From Antedon mediterranea (taxonomy: Eukaryota; Animalia; Echinodermata): a stretch of DNA of 64,000 nt. Under the pieces are notes generated by a model, which worked only from the letters and a program-made list of their open reading frames with translations, was not told the DNA's origin and ran no database searches. Positions within the stretch are counted from its first letter, which is position 1; each line of letters begins with the position of its first letter. The position numbers and the translations under genes were made by a program. The DNA lies in contig NC_092671.1 in NCBI RefSeq assembly GCF_964355755.1, positions 21,142,001-21,206,000 of the forward strand, read 5' to 3'. This document shows, piece by piece, positions 51,814 through 64,000 of this stretch.

Positions 51814-53214
51814 TTAAATGTTCAAATAACGAATTAAAGAAATGTTAAAGTGCTCATCAATGTTCAAATTTTCAAACAACGAATTCAAAAAAATGCGAAA
51901 GGTGTTCATCAATGTTCAAAATGGTCAAAAAAGTAAATGTTAAAAAAAACGATCGAAAAAAAACGGCGTGAAGTTGAAAGTGTCCAAACGAAACAGTTCT
52001 TGTCCGCTTGCTTCTGTTTTGATTCTTCTTGGGTCTTCCTCGATTATCTTCTTTGTCTTTATCCAATGGTTATAATTTGATAAAATTTCTGCTTGTCTCG
52101 ATCTCATTCAAATATAATTTCAGCTTGTCTTTTGTGTCTTCCTCGATTATCTTCTTTGTCTTCATCCAATGGTAATAATTTGATAAAATTTCTGCTTGTC
52201 TCGATCTCATTCAAATATAATTTCAGCTTGTCTTTTGAGTCAAAGTAAATTTCTGGTTTTCTCCTTTCAAACAAATATGGTTATTTTGTCTTCGTCTTCG
52301 TCTTCGTGTCTTGTTAAGTGTTTATTTCTTGTTTTCTTGTTATTCTGTTTTCTCACTCTGTTCCTTATGAAATTTGGGTCTTCCACCATGTAATATAATG
52401 TGAGTTGTTGAGGTACTAATGAAGACTCTTACTCGCTTGACTGTCGTAACACATATATTGTTTATTCAGTATAATACTTCAGTACAATATACAACTATAA
52501 GTATAGATAAGGAACGGAGAATCAATGATGCTGTCGGTGAGGTGTGAAGTGTGTAGGTCTGCTTCTGAAGAAGTGGCTGTGAGGTGTGTGCTCCGTGAAG
52601 TGGCTGTAAGGTGTGTGCTCCGTGAAGTGGCTGTAAGGTGTGTCTGGGCTCTTCTGGAACTTGGGAGTATATTGGCCCTCGGTTCATTTACATATGTCAC
52701 TACGTAATCTTAGAGGTTACTGATTGGTCCTAAGTTGGTCCAGGGGTGTTTAAGTGGGAATGATTGATCTTATCTGGGGAGGTTACAATGATGAATTGGC
52801 CCTGTCGAATCTCTGCTAAAAACTGTCAATATCTAATTGTTTTACGATGGGAACAGTCCCAAAGTTATTCTTTAGGGATTCTATTATAAACTAAATGGTC
52901 TTTAAAACATCTGGACAAACTCTCCTCTGGACTTTCTGGGTCAAGTTTGTGAACCTATTTGAATTCTGATACAAAGGTCAATTTCTTAAATATAACAGTA
53001 TATCGTTATATTACAATAGGCAGGTTTTCGTGCTGCCATGCAAGAATGGATAGGTGTTTTCCGCCGCTTTTAGGCCTTCTTGTCAATTATTGTTATTATT
53101 ATACGAATTACGTAATTAGTCTAGTAGCTCATCTACCTTTTTAGCAGGGCATAATGAATATTGTAGCTAGGCTAGGCCTACTAGTCTAGCGGGAAATCAA
53201 CCAATTATTTGGTT

Positions 53215-53775
53215 GGATACGAGTTTAGGGTAGGAAGGTAAGTACGAGTTGGCATGGGTACGAGTCGACCAGGGGTGAATCAAACAGAGTACACCTGGCC
53301 GCCCTACTAGAGCATAGGCTACAGGCCTGCAGGAATGGGAAATCTGTCCTAGCTATAGGCATAGGCCTACATTGGGACGCCCAAAAAAGCCATCCTATGA
53401 GCATAAAAAGGCCTCATAGAGCCAGACATGTTAACATATACTACACAGTACTAGTACGTCTACCATTTATTATAGTTCCATGGTACTACGGATCACTACT
53501 ATATCTAGGCCTAGATCTAGTAGGCTAGGGTAGGTTTCCACTAATTTCGGTCGCGTTTTTTCAAGAGGGCATGTGAGAGGTGAGGTAGGTTAGCCCAGCT
53601 AGGCTAAACTAACATGTAAGTAGTATTCTACCATGGGATGGGAACGAGTCGGCATGGGGGTACGGGTTGATCTTTATCCGTATTCTAAGGTGCTGGTCAA
53701 CCCGTAACGTACCCATGTCAACTCGTACCAAACTTGGCTAACTCGTACCCAATTAATTAGTCAACTCGTACCAAT
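53215..53775. repeat. Sub-terminal motif clusters (GGTACGAGTTG / CAACTCGTACC) of fragmented foldback-type elements
   Basis: One orientation at 53215-53272 and 53640-53675; the opposite orientation at 53695-53773. Confidence 0.55.
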
Positions 53776-55023
53776 AGCTTTATAGCTTTATTGATAGCTG
53801 GGTTCAAATCTAGGTTGGGACGGTTTTTTCTCATTCTAAAACAGATTTCCTTATAATAATAAAATAATATCGACCTATGAATTTAACTTAAATATTGTAT
53901 TGTATACATAATATTAGTAGTAATAGTATTTCCCATTGCATTTATTATTATAATATATTTTACGGTTACCCCTTAATTATACTAGTATAACTTCCTTGTT
54001 ATATTTTACAATATTTTCTTCATAATTCAACAATTTTTTTTCACAGCTAATTATCAAACTGAATCATCACACACCAAATCTCATGAAATCGCTAGTGTAT
54101 TTCTCCAAGCTAATCCAGCTACATGGTATTGCCTTGAGGCTAAACTACACTGTATACTGGGCACTACCATCATTCCTGGCCCGTCAACCTGGACCACATT
54201 ATGGTCCAACACAGTCGTGTACTACTGATTCCAAATAGTGAATTACATCCTGTGGTCAAGGATTTATTTGCACCGTAATATGCTTATTTCCTCCAGCATA
54301 CAGAGTACGTAGGGCTTTTAATTTGCTTTTATACCTGTTAATTAAAAAATCGTTTATGCCTATTGTTGCATAAAGATCAAATTTAGACTGTAAATACTGG
54401 GATGATCACCCTAAATTTCCTTTTTCATTTAACAATTTTATATTTCACAGCAAGAAAAAAGCATACAGAGTTTTTTTTATTCATAACTGTTGAATTGCAT
54501 CCAAATACATGGTACCTATTGGTATTATATCTATAAATATAAAGTACTCTCTTATAAATAGATGTATCTCTCCAAACTACTCCAACTACCTAATCTAATA
54601 ATAGTACTATTAGCATACTACTGTACACTTTGTAGACAAGAAATAAGTTGTATCTACCTAGAGGACTTATGGTAGTACTGTACAGTCGATCGTCCTCTCA
54701 CTGGCCTGGTCAACATAATCTATGCCTAGATTATTACAGTAATTAAAAAGTACATTATTACAGATATTATTTTTTTTTTTGCAGAAATCAAAGTTATGTG
54801 TATAGAAAGCAGTACTCGTATTAAAAACTAAGCAGGTTGTACTGAACGGAAACTGGCAGGATATTTTGAATATTTTTTGTTCATTTTCCACGAACTGGAG
54901 ACAAAGACATACTACGACCCTTTTATTTAAATTTATTTGGAAAGACCTCCATGTAAATTCATTAAAGGCTATATGATTGTTTTATATTTTAATAATGTGA
55001 TAGTAGAAAACCATTGTGAATAA

Positions 55024-58000
55024 TGAGAGAGAGAGAGATAGATCAGCAAGAGAGAGAGAGATAGATAGATCAGCGAGAGAGAGAGATAGATAGATAGATC
55101 AGCGAGAGAGAGAGAGATAGATCAGCGAGAGAGAGAGAGATAGATCAGCGAGAGAGAGATAGATCAGTGAGAGAGAGATATAGATCAGCGAGAGAGAGAT
55201 AGATCAGCGAGAGAGAGATAGATCAGCGAGAGAGAGATAGATCAGCGAGAGAGAGAGAGAGATAGATCAGCGAGAGAGAGATAGATCAGCGAGAGAGAGA
55301 TAGATCAGCGAGGGAGAGATAGATCAGCGAGAGAGAGATAGATAGATCAGCGAGAGAGAGAAAGATCAGCGAGAAAGAGATAGATTAGCGACAGAGAGAT
55401 AGATCAGCGAGAGAGAGATAGATCAGCGAGAGAGAGATAGATCAGCGAGAGAGAGAGAGATAGATCAGCGAGAGAGAGATAGATCAGCGAGAGAGATAGA
55501 TCAGCGAGAGAGAGAGATCAGAGAGAGAGAGAGATAGATCAGCGAGAGAGATAGATCAGCGAGAGAGAGAGAGATAGATCAGCGAGAGAGAGATAGATCA
55601 GCGAGAGAGAGATAGATCAGCTAGAGAGAGATAGATCAGCGAGAGAGATAGATCAGCAAGAGAGAGATAGATCAGCGAGAGATAGAGATAGATCAGCGAG
55701 AGAGAGATAGATCAGCGGCAAGAGAGATAGATCAGCGAGAGAGAGATAGATCAGCGAGAGAGATAGATCAGCGAGAGAGAGAGATAGATCAGCGAGAGAG
55801 ATAGATCAGCGAGAGAGAGAGAGATAGATCAGCGAGAGAGAGATAGATCAGCGAGAGAGAGATAGATCAGCGAGAGAGAGATAGATCAGCGAGAGAGAGA
55901 TAGATCAGCGAGAGAGAGATAGATCAGCGAGAGAGAGATAGATCAGCGAGAGAGAGATAGATCAGCGAGAGAGAGATAGATCAGCGAGAGAGAGATAGAT
56001 CAGCGAGAGAGAGATATAGATCAGCGAGAGAGAGAGATAGATCAGCGAGAGAGAGAGAAATAGATCAGCTAGAGTGAGATAGATCAGCGAGAGAGAGATA
56101 GATCAGCGAGAGAGAGATAGATCAGCGAGAGAGAGGTAGATCAGCGAGAGAGAGATAGATCAGCGAGAGAGAGATAGATCAGCGAGAGAGATAGATCAGC
56201 GAGAGAGAGAGATAGATCAGCGAGAGAGAGATAGATCAGCGAGAGAGAGAAAGATCAGCGAGAGAGAGATAGATCAGCGAGTGAGAGATAGATCAACGAG
56301 AGAGAGATAGATCAGCGAGAGAGAGATAGATCAGCGAGAGAGAGACAGATCAGCGAGAGATAGAGAGAGATAGATCAGCGAGAGTGAGATAGATCAGCGA
56401 GAGAGAGATAGATCAGCGAGAGAGAGATAGATCAGCGAGAGAGAGATAGATCAGCGAGAGAGAGATAGATCAGCGAGAGAGAGATAGATCAGCGAGAGAG
56501 AGATAGATCAGCGAGAGAGAGATAGATCAGCGAGAGAGATAGATCAGCGAGAGAGAGATAGATCAGCGAGAGAGAGATAGATCAGCGAGAGAGAGATAGA
56601 TCAGCAAGAGAGAGATAGATCAGCGAGAGAGAGATAGATCAGCCAGAGAGAAATAGATCAGCGAGTGAGAGATAGATCAGCGAGAGAGAGATAGATCAGC
56701 GAGAGAGAGATAGATCAGCAAGAGAAAGACAGATCAGCGAGAGAGACAGATCAGCGAGAGAGACAGATCAGCGAGAGAGAGACAGATCAACGAGAGAGAG
56801 AGACAGATCAGCGAGAGAGAGAGACAGATAGATCAGCCAGAGAGAGAGATAGATCAGCGAGAGCGAGAGAGATAGATCAGCGAGAGAGAGAGATAGATCA
56901 GCGAGAGAGGGATAGATCAGCGAGAGAGAGAGAGAGAGAGATCAGCGAGAAAGAGATAGATCAGCGAGAGAGATAGATAGATCAGCGAGAGAGAGGTAGA
57001 TCAGCGAGAGAGAGATAGATCAGCGAGAGAGATAGATAGATCAGCGAGAGAGAGATAGATCAGCGAGAGAGAGATAGATAGATCAGCGAGAGAGAAAGAT
57101 AGATCAGCGAGAGAGAGAGATAGATAGATCAGCGAGAGAGAGATAGATCAGCGAGAGAGAGATAGATCAGCGAGAGAGAGATAGATCAGCGAGAGAGATA
57201 GATAGATCAGCGAGAGAGAGATAGATAGATCAGCGGGAGAGAGAGATAGATAGATCAGGGAGAGAGAGATAGATAGATCAGCGAGAGAGAGATAGATAGA
57301 TCACCGAGAGAGAGATAGATCAGCGAGAGAGATAGATAGATCAGCGAGAGAGAGATAGATCAGCGAGAGGGAGATAGATAGATCAGCGAGAGAGAGATAG
57401 ATCAACGAGAGAGAGATAGAACAGTGAGAGAGAGATAGATCAGCGAGAGAGAGATAGATCAGCGAGAGAGAGATAGATCAGCGATAGAGAGAGAGATAGA
57501 TCAGCGAGAGAGAGAGATAGATCAGCTAGAGAGAGATAGATCAGCGAGAGAGAGAGAGATATATCAGCGAGAGAGAGAGAGATAGATCAGCGAGAGAGAG
57601 ATAGATCAGCGAGAGAGATAGATCAGCGAGAGAGAGATAGATCAACGAGAGAGAGATAGATCAGCGAGAGAGAGATAGATAGATCAGCGAGAGAGAGATA
57701 GATCAGCGAGAGAGAGAGAGAGAGAGATAGATAGATCAGCGAGAGAGAGATAGATAGATCAGCGAGAGAGAGATAGATCAGCGAGAGAGAGATAGATCAG
57801 CAAGAGAGAGAGATAGATCAACGAGAGAGATAGATCAGCGAGAGAGAGATAGATAGATCAGCGAGAGAGAGATAGATCAGCGACAGAGAGATATATAGAT
57901 CAGCGAGAGAGAGATAGATAGATCAGCGAGAGAGAGATAGATCAGCGAGAGAGAGATAGATAGATCAGCGAGAGAGAGATAGATAGATCAGCGAGAGAGA

Positions 58001-58683
58001 TAGATCAGCGAGAGAGAGAGAGATAGATAGATCAGCGAGAGAGAGATAGATAGATCAGCGAGAGAGAGAGATAGATCAGCGAGAGAGATAGATAGATCAG
58101 CGAGAGAGAGATAGATCAGCGAGAGGGAGATAGATAGATCAGCGAGAGAGAGATAGATCAACGAGAGAGAGATAGAACAGTGAGAGAGAGATAGATCAGC
58201 GAGAGAGAGATAGATCAGCGAGAGAGAGATAGATCAGCGATAGAGAGAGAGATAGATCAGCGAGAGAGAGAGAGATAGATCAGCGAGAGAGAGATAGATC
58301 AGCGAGAGAGAGAGAGAGATATATCAGCGAGAGAGAGAGAGAGATAGATCAGCGAGAGAGAGATAGATCAGCGAGAGAGAGATAGATCAACGAGAGAGAG
58401 ATAGATCAGCGATAGAGAGATAGATAGATCAGCGAGAGAGAGATAGATCAGCGAGAGAGAGAGATAGATAGATCAGCGAGAGAGAGATAGATAGATCAGC
58501 GAGAGAGAGATAGATCAGCGAGAGAGAGATAGATCAGCAAGAGAGAGAGATAGATCAACGAGAGAGATAGATCAGCGAGAGAGAGAGATAGATAGATCAG
58601 CGAGAGAGAGATAGATCAGCGACAGAGAGATAGATAGATCAGCGAGAGAGAGATAGATAGATCAGCGAGAGAGAGATAGATCG
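55024..58683 (+). repeat. ~19-bp minisatellite (GA)nTAGATCAGC, 3.7 kb
   Basis: Continuous array of GAGAGAGAGATAGATCAGC with variable GA and GATA copy number. Confidence 0.98.
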
Positions 58684-61600
58684 ATTGAAGCTATTCTGTA
58701 CACTTTGATGTTTTGTGTGAAAAAATTTTGTCGAAATCCTTAAAATGGTCTAAAACGTTTTTAAATACCATATTAATCTATTCTGTACACTTTGATGTTT
58801 TGTGTGAAAAAGTTTTGTCGAAATGCTCAAAATGGTCTTAAACGGTTTCAAATGTGATTTTAAGCACTTTTATGTTTTTGTGTATCCAAGTTTCATCGAA
58901 ATGCAAAAAATGCTCTAAGACGTCTCCAAATGCAATTTGAAGCTATTATTAGCTCTTTGGTGTTTTTATGTTAACAAGTTTTTTCGAAAATCACAAAATG
59001 GTCTAAAACGTCTCCAAATGCGATTTGAAGCTATTCTGTACACTTTGATTTTTTGTGTGAAAAAGTTTTGTCGAAATGCTCAAAATGTTCTTAAACGTTT
59101 TTAAATACTATAATAAGCTATTTTGTGCTCTTTGTTGTTTTTGTGTGAAAAGTTTTATTGAAATGCTCAAAATGGTCTAAAACGGTTTCTAATGTGATTT
59201 TAAGCACTTTGATGCTTTTGTGTAACCAAGTTTCATCGAAATGCAAAAAATGGTCTAAAACATCTCCAAATACGGTTTGAAGCTATTCTAAGCACTTTTG
59301 TGTTTTTATGTTAACAAGTTTTTTCGAAAATCACAAAATGGTCTAAAACCTCTCCAAATGCGATCTAAAGCTATTCTGAGCACTTTGGTGTTTTTATGTT
59401 AACAAGTTTTTTTCGAAAATCACAACATTGACTAAAACGTCTCCAAATGCGATTTGAAGCTATTCTGTACAGTTTGATTTTTTGTGTGATAAAGTTTTGT
59501 CGAAATGCTCAAAATGGTCTTAAACGTTTTTAAATACTATAATAAGCTATTTTGTGCTCTTTGTTGTTTTTGTGTGAAAAGTTTTATTGAAATGCTCAAA
59601 ATGGTCTAAAACGGTTTCTAATGTGATTTTAAGCACTTTGATGCTTTTGTGTAACCAAGTTTCATCGAAATGCAAAAAATGGTCTAAAACATCTCCAAAT
59701 ACGATTTGAAGCTATTCTAAGCACTTTTGTGTTTTTATGTTAACAAGTTTTTTCGAAAATCACAAAATGGTCTAAAACCTCTCCAAATGCGATCTAAAGC
59801 TATTCTGAGCACTTTGGTGTTTATATGTTAACAAGTTTTTTCGAAAATCACAAAATTGACTAAAACGTCTCCAAATGCGATTTGAAGCTATTCTGTACAC
59901 TTTGATTTTTTGTGTGAAAAAGTTTTGTCGAAATGCCCAAAATGGTCTAAAACGTTTTTAAATACAATTTGAAGCTACTCTTTGCACTTTGGTGTTTTTA
60001 TGTTAACAAGTTTTTTTGGAAAATCACAAAATGGTATAAAACGTCTCCAAATGCGATTTGAAGCTATTCTGTACACTTTCATGTTTTTTGTGAAAAAGTT
60101 TTGTCGAAATGCTCAAAACGGTCTAAAACGTTTTTAAATACGATTTGAAGCTGCTCTTAGCACTTTGGTGTTTTTGTGTGAAAAGTTGTATTGAAATGCT
60201 CAAAATGGTCTAAAACGGTTTCTAATGTGATTTTAAGCATTTTGATGTTTTTGTGTAACCAAGTTTCATCGAAAAACGTCTCCAAATGCGATTTGAAGCT
60301 ATTCTAATCACTTTGGTGTTTTTATGTTAACATGTTTTTTCGAAAATCACAAAACGGTCTAAAACGTCTCCAAATGCGATTTGAAGCTATTCTGTACACT
60401 TTGATGTTTTGTGTGAAAAAGTTTTGTCGAAATGCTCAAAATGGTCTAAAACGTTTTTAAATACGATATTAAGCTATTTTGTGATATTTGATGTTTTTGT
60501 GTGAAAGTTTTATCGAAATGCTCAAAATGGTCTAAAACGGTTTCAAATGCGATTTGAAGCTATTCTGTACACTTTGATGTTTTTAACATTTTGGTGTTTT
60601 TATGTTCGCATTTGGAGACGTTTTAGACCATTTTGTGCATTTCGAAAAAACTTTTCATACAAAAACATCAAAGATCACAAAATAGCTTAATATCGTATTT
60701 AAAAACGTTTTAGACCATTTTGAGCATTTCGACAAAACTTTTTCACACAAAACATCAAAGTGTACAGAATAGCTTCAAATCGCATTTGGAGACGTTTTAG
60801 ACCATTTTGTGATTTTCGAAAAAAATTGTTAACATAAAAACACCAAAGTGTTAAGAAAGAATAGCTTCAAATCGCATTTGGAGACGTTTCAGACCATTTT
60901 GTGCATTTCGATGAAACTTGGTTACACAAAATGATCAAAGAGCTTAAAATCACAATAGAAACCGTTTTAGACCATTTTGAGCATTTCGATAAAACATTTC
61001 ACACAAAAACATCAAAGTGCACAAAATAGCTTAATATGGTATGTAAAATCGTTTTAGACTATTTTGAGCATTTCGACAAAACTTAACATCAAAGTGTACA
61101 GAATAGCTTCAAATCACATTTGGAGACGTTTTAGACCATTTTGTGCATTTCGATTAAACTTGGTTACACAAAAACATCAAAGTGCTTAAAATCACATTAT
61201 AAACCGTTTCAGACCATTTTGAGTATTTTGGTAAAACTTTTCACACAAAAACATCAAAGTGCACAAATTAGCTTAATCTGGTATTTTAAAACGTTTTAGA
61301 CCATTTTGAGCATTTCGACAAAACTTTTTCACACAAAACATCAAAGTGTACAGAATAGCTTCAAATCGCATTTGGAGACGTTTTAGACCATTTTGTGATT
61401 TTCGAAAAAATTTGTTAACATAAAAACACCAAAGTGTACAGAATAGCTTCAAATCGCATTTTTAGACGTTTTAGACCATTTTGTGATTTTCGAATAAACT
61501 TGTTAACATAAAAACATAAAAGTGCTTAGAATAGCTTCAAATCGCATTTGGAAACGTTTTAGATCATTTTGTGCATTTCGATGAAACTTTTTCACAAAAA

Positions 61601-63042
61601 ACATCAAAGTGTACAGAATAGCTTCAAATCGCATTTGGAGACGTTTTAGACCATTTTGTGCATTTCTATGAAACTTGGTTGCACAAAAACATCAAAGAGC
61701 TTAAAATCACAATAGAAACAGTTTTAGACCATTTTGAGCATTTCGATAAAACTTTTCACACAAAAACATCAAAGTGCACAAAATAGTTTAATATGGTATT
61801 TTAAAACGTTTTAGACCACTTTGAGCATTTCTACAAAACTTTTTCACACAAAAAATCAAAGTGTACAGAATAGCTTCAAATCGCATTGGAGACGTTTTAG
61901 ACCATTTTGTGATTTTCCAAAAAACTTGTTAACATAAAAACACCAAAGTGCTTAGAATAGCTTCAAATCGCATTTTGAGACGTTTTAGACCATTTTATGC
62001 ATTTCTATGGAACTTGGTTACACAAAACAAAAACATCAAAGTGCTTAAAATCACATTAGAAACCGTTTTAGACCATTTTGAGCATTTCGATAAAACTTTT
62101 AACACAAAAACATCAAAGAGCACAAAATAGCTTAATATCGTATTTAAAAACGTTTCAGACCATTTTGAGCATTTCAACAAAACTTTTTCACAAAAAACAT
62201 CGAAGTGTACAGAATAGCTTCAAATCGCATTTGGAGACGTTTCAGACCATTTTGTGATTTTCGAAAAAAAATTGTTAACATAAAAACACCGAAGTGCTTA
62301 GAATAGCTTCAAATCGCATTTGGAGACGTTTTAGAGCATTTTGTGCATTTCGATGAAACTTTGGTACACAAAAACATCAAAGTGCTTAAAAGATCATATT
62401 TGAAACCATTTTAGACCATTTTGAGAATTTCGATAAAACTTTTCACATAAAAACATCAAAGTGCACAAAATAGCTTAAAATGGTATTTGAAAACGTTTTA
62501 GACCATTTTGAGCATTTCGACAAAACTTTTTCACACAAAACATCAAAGTGTACAGAATAGCTTCAAATCGCATTTGGAGACGTTTTAGACCATTTTGTGA
62601 TTTTCGAATAAACTTGTTAACATAAAAACACAAAAGTGCTTAGAATAGCTTCAAATCGCATTTGGAAACGTTTTAGACCAATTTGTGCATTTCGATGAAA
62701 CTTTTTCACACAAAACATCAAAGTGCTTAAAATCACACTAGAAACCGATTTAGACCATTTTGAGCATTTCGATAAAACTTTTAACACAAAAACATCAAAG
62801 TGCACAAAATAGCTTAATATCGTATTTGAAAACGTTTTAGACATTTTGAGAATTTCGACAAATTTTTTTCACACAAACCATCAAAGTGTACAGAATAGCT
62901 TCAAATCGCATTTGGAGACGTTTTAGACCATTTTGTGATTTTCGAAAAAACTTGTTAACATAAAAACACCAAAGTGCTTAGAATAGCTTCAAATCGCATT
63001 TGGAGACGTTTTAGACCATTTTGTGATTTTCGAAAAAATTTC
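58684..63042. repeat. ~86-87-bp satellite with monomer variants; orientation inverts at ~60606
   Basis: AAGCTAT anchors at 60384, 60471 and 60557. Units read ...AAAATGGTCTAAAACG... before ~60606 and ...CGTTTTAGACCATTTT... after. Confidence 0.95.
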
Positions 63043-63046
63043 TTAA

Positions 63047-63817
63047 AGATGTATTGTCCCTTTGACTAATTCCAAAAAAAATAAAAAATAACAGATTTCG
63101 AAAAAAAATGGGTCAATTTGAAGTATCATAATAGTAATTTAACTTTCAATAAAAATTAGTCGAAAAAAAAATCATTCAACTGAATTACAAACGGTTTTTT
63201 GTTAAAAAAATAACTGTGACTTCCAGTCAAAGTTTTCGATCAAAACATATCCCATAATGCAACGCGCTTGCTAATGAATTATACATACGACTCCTTTTTT
63301 TGGCTTGTTTATTTCTGTACGTACCGCAAGAGAACACACGTGTGAGTTGATTATCATCGTTCATCGCGAGAGAGACGAACCCGTGGTAAAGGATGGGTAA
63401 ACGAGGCCCTTATTCTGGATTGAGATCATCGGAAAAGAAAAGGCGCAAACTTACACGTAATGTAGCGTCAAATGCTCGCAGAATTTTGCTAAACTTCGAT
63501 ACATTTCAGAGATGGTCCGTAGTAAAAGAAGCAAATAATTTAGCAAGTAATTCTGATGTTGCAAATTTTTTGCTTGACAGGTAACTTCTCTCTTTAGTAC
63601 AGTGTCCATCGGCTCTAGGGATTAGTTAGGGCCTTTTATTTAGTAAAATAGGCAATACTAGTAAGTAATGATAATTATTATTATTGGTACTATAGTTCCA
63701 CAGAGTTATAGATAGCCTAATTATTTTGAATTTAGTATAATACTAATAATAATAAATAGGTTAGGTTAGACCTCCAGGCTAGGCCTAGCCTATCTATACT
63801 AACTACTATATAGCCTA

Positions 63818-63855
<38 letters not shown>

Positions 63856-64000
63856 GGCCTGCCTACCTTTGCAATTAGATGAATCGTTCGAAAACAGGCG
63901 GATTGATAGGCCTAGCTAGATAGAGTAATACAACACACCTTTCGTAGTACAGCAGGTATTTTGAGACAGAAAGTATACTTTTATTTAGTGTTAGTGTTAT
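63047..64000 (+). mobile_element. Left end of a Kolobok-like DNA transposon with its first coding exon
   Basis: TTAA|AGATGTATTGTCCC terminus (similar 20-mer at ~21761). Exon 63393-63580 reads MGKRGPY...FQRWSVVKE...SNSDVANFLLDR, ending at a GTAAC donor and followed by a TAGGCCTA-rich intron. Confidence 0.6.
63817..63856 (+). repeat. (ACT)n microsatellite
   Basis: About 12 TAC/ACT units. Confidence 0.95.

Larger units (their letters stand above)
43201..53015 (-). mobile_element. Non-autonomous LTR retroelement with two near-identical LTRs and nested DNA elements
   Basis: LTRs 43201-43861 and 52389-53015 (TGTAATATAA...TTATATTACA); 4-bp TSD ATAG at 43197-43200 and 53016-53019. Minus-strand PBS-like TGGTGGAAGACCC adjacent to 52388 and PPT AAACAAGGAAACAGAGGGA adjacent to 43862. 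No pol motifs inside. Confidence 0.92.

Noticed and set aside
61948-62844. ORFs within the 86-87-bp satellite
   Set aside because: Chance open frames in tandem repeats.

Overview
AT-rich eukaryotic (metazoan) genomic DNA. The Deu/Nin-type SINEs and strong TAGGCCTA enrichment suggest an invertebrate deuterostome such as an echinoderm; this is inference. Most of the window is a deeply nested set of decayed transposons: CR1/L2-like, Rex1-like and L1/Tx1-like LINEs, a Ty3/Gypsy relic, several PIF/Harbinger (PHIS) elements with different TSDs, Helitron and Helentron derivatives, Kolobok-like elements, an IS3EU-like element, and a pol-less LTR element carrying nested insertions. The window ends in two adjacent satellite arrays, one of which inverts orientation. 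Two signals stand out that the ORF track does not show. (1) A three-exon host gene on the minus strand (19259-18508) encodes a 79-aa secreted precursor: signal peptide, a 33-aa peptide with 8 Cys, a GKR amidation/cleavage site, and a C-terminal tail. (2) A minimal type I hammerhead ribozyme (28171-28219, minus) lies inside a ~277-bp tandem monomer, a retrozyme-like unit. All calls were made by eye, with no database searches.
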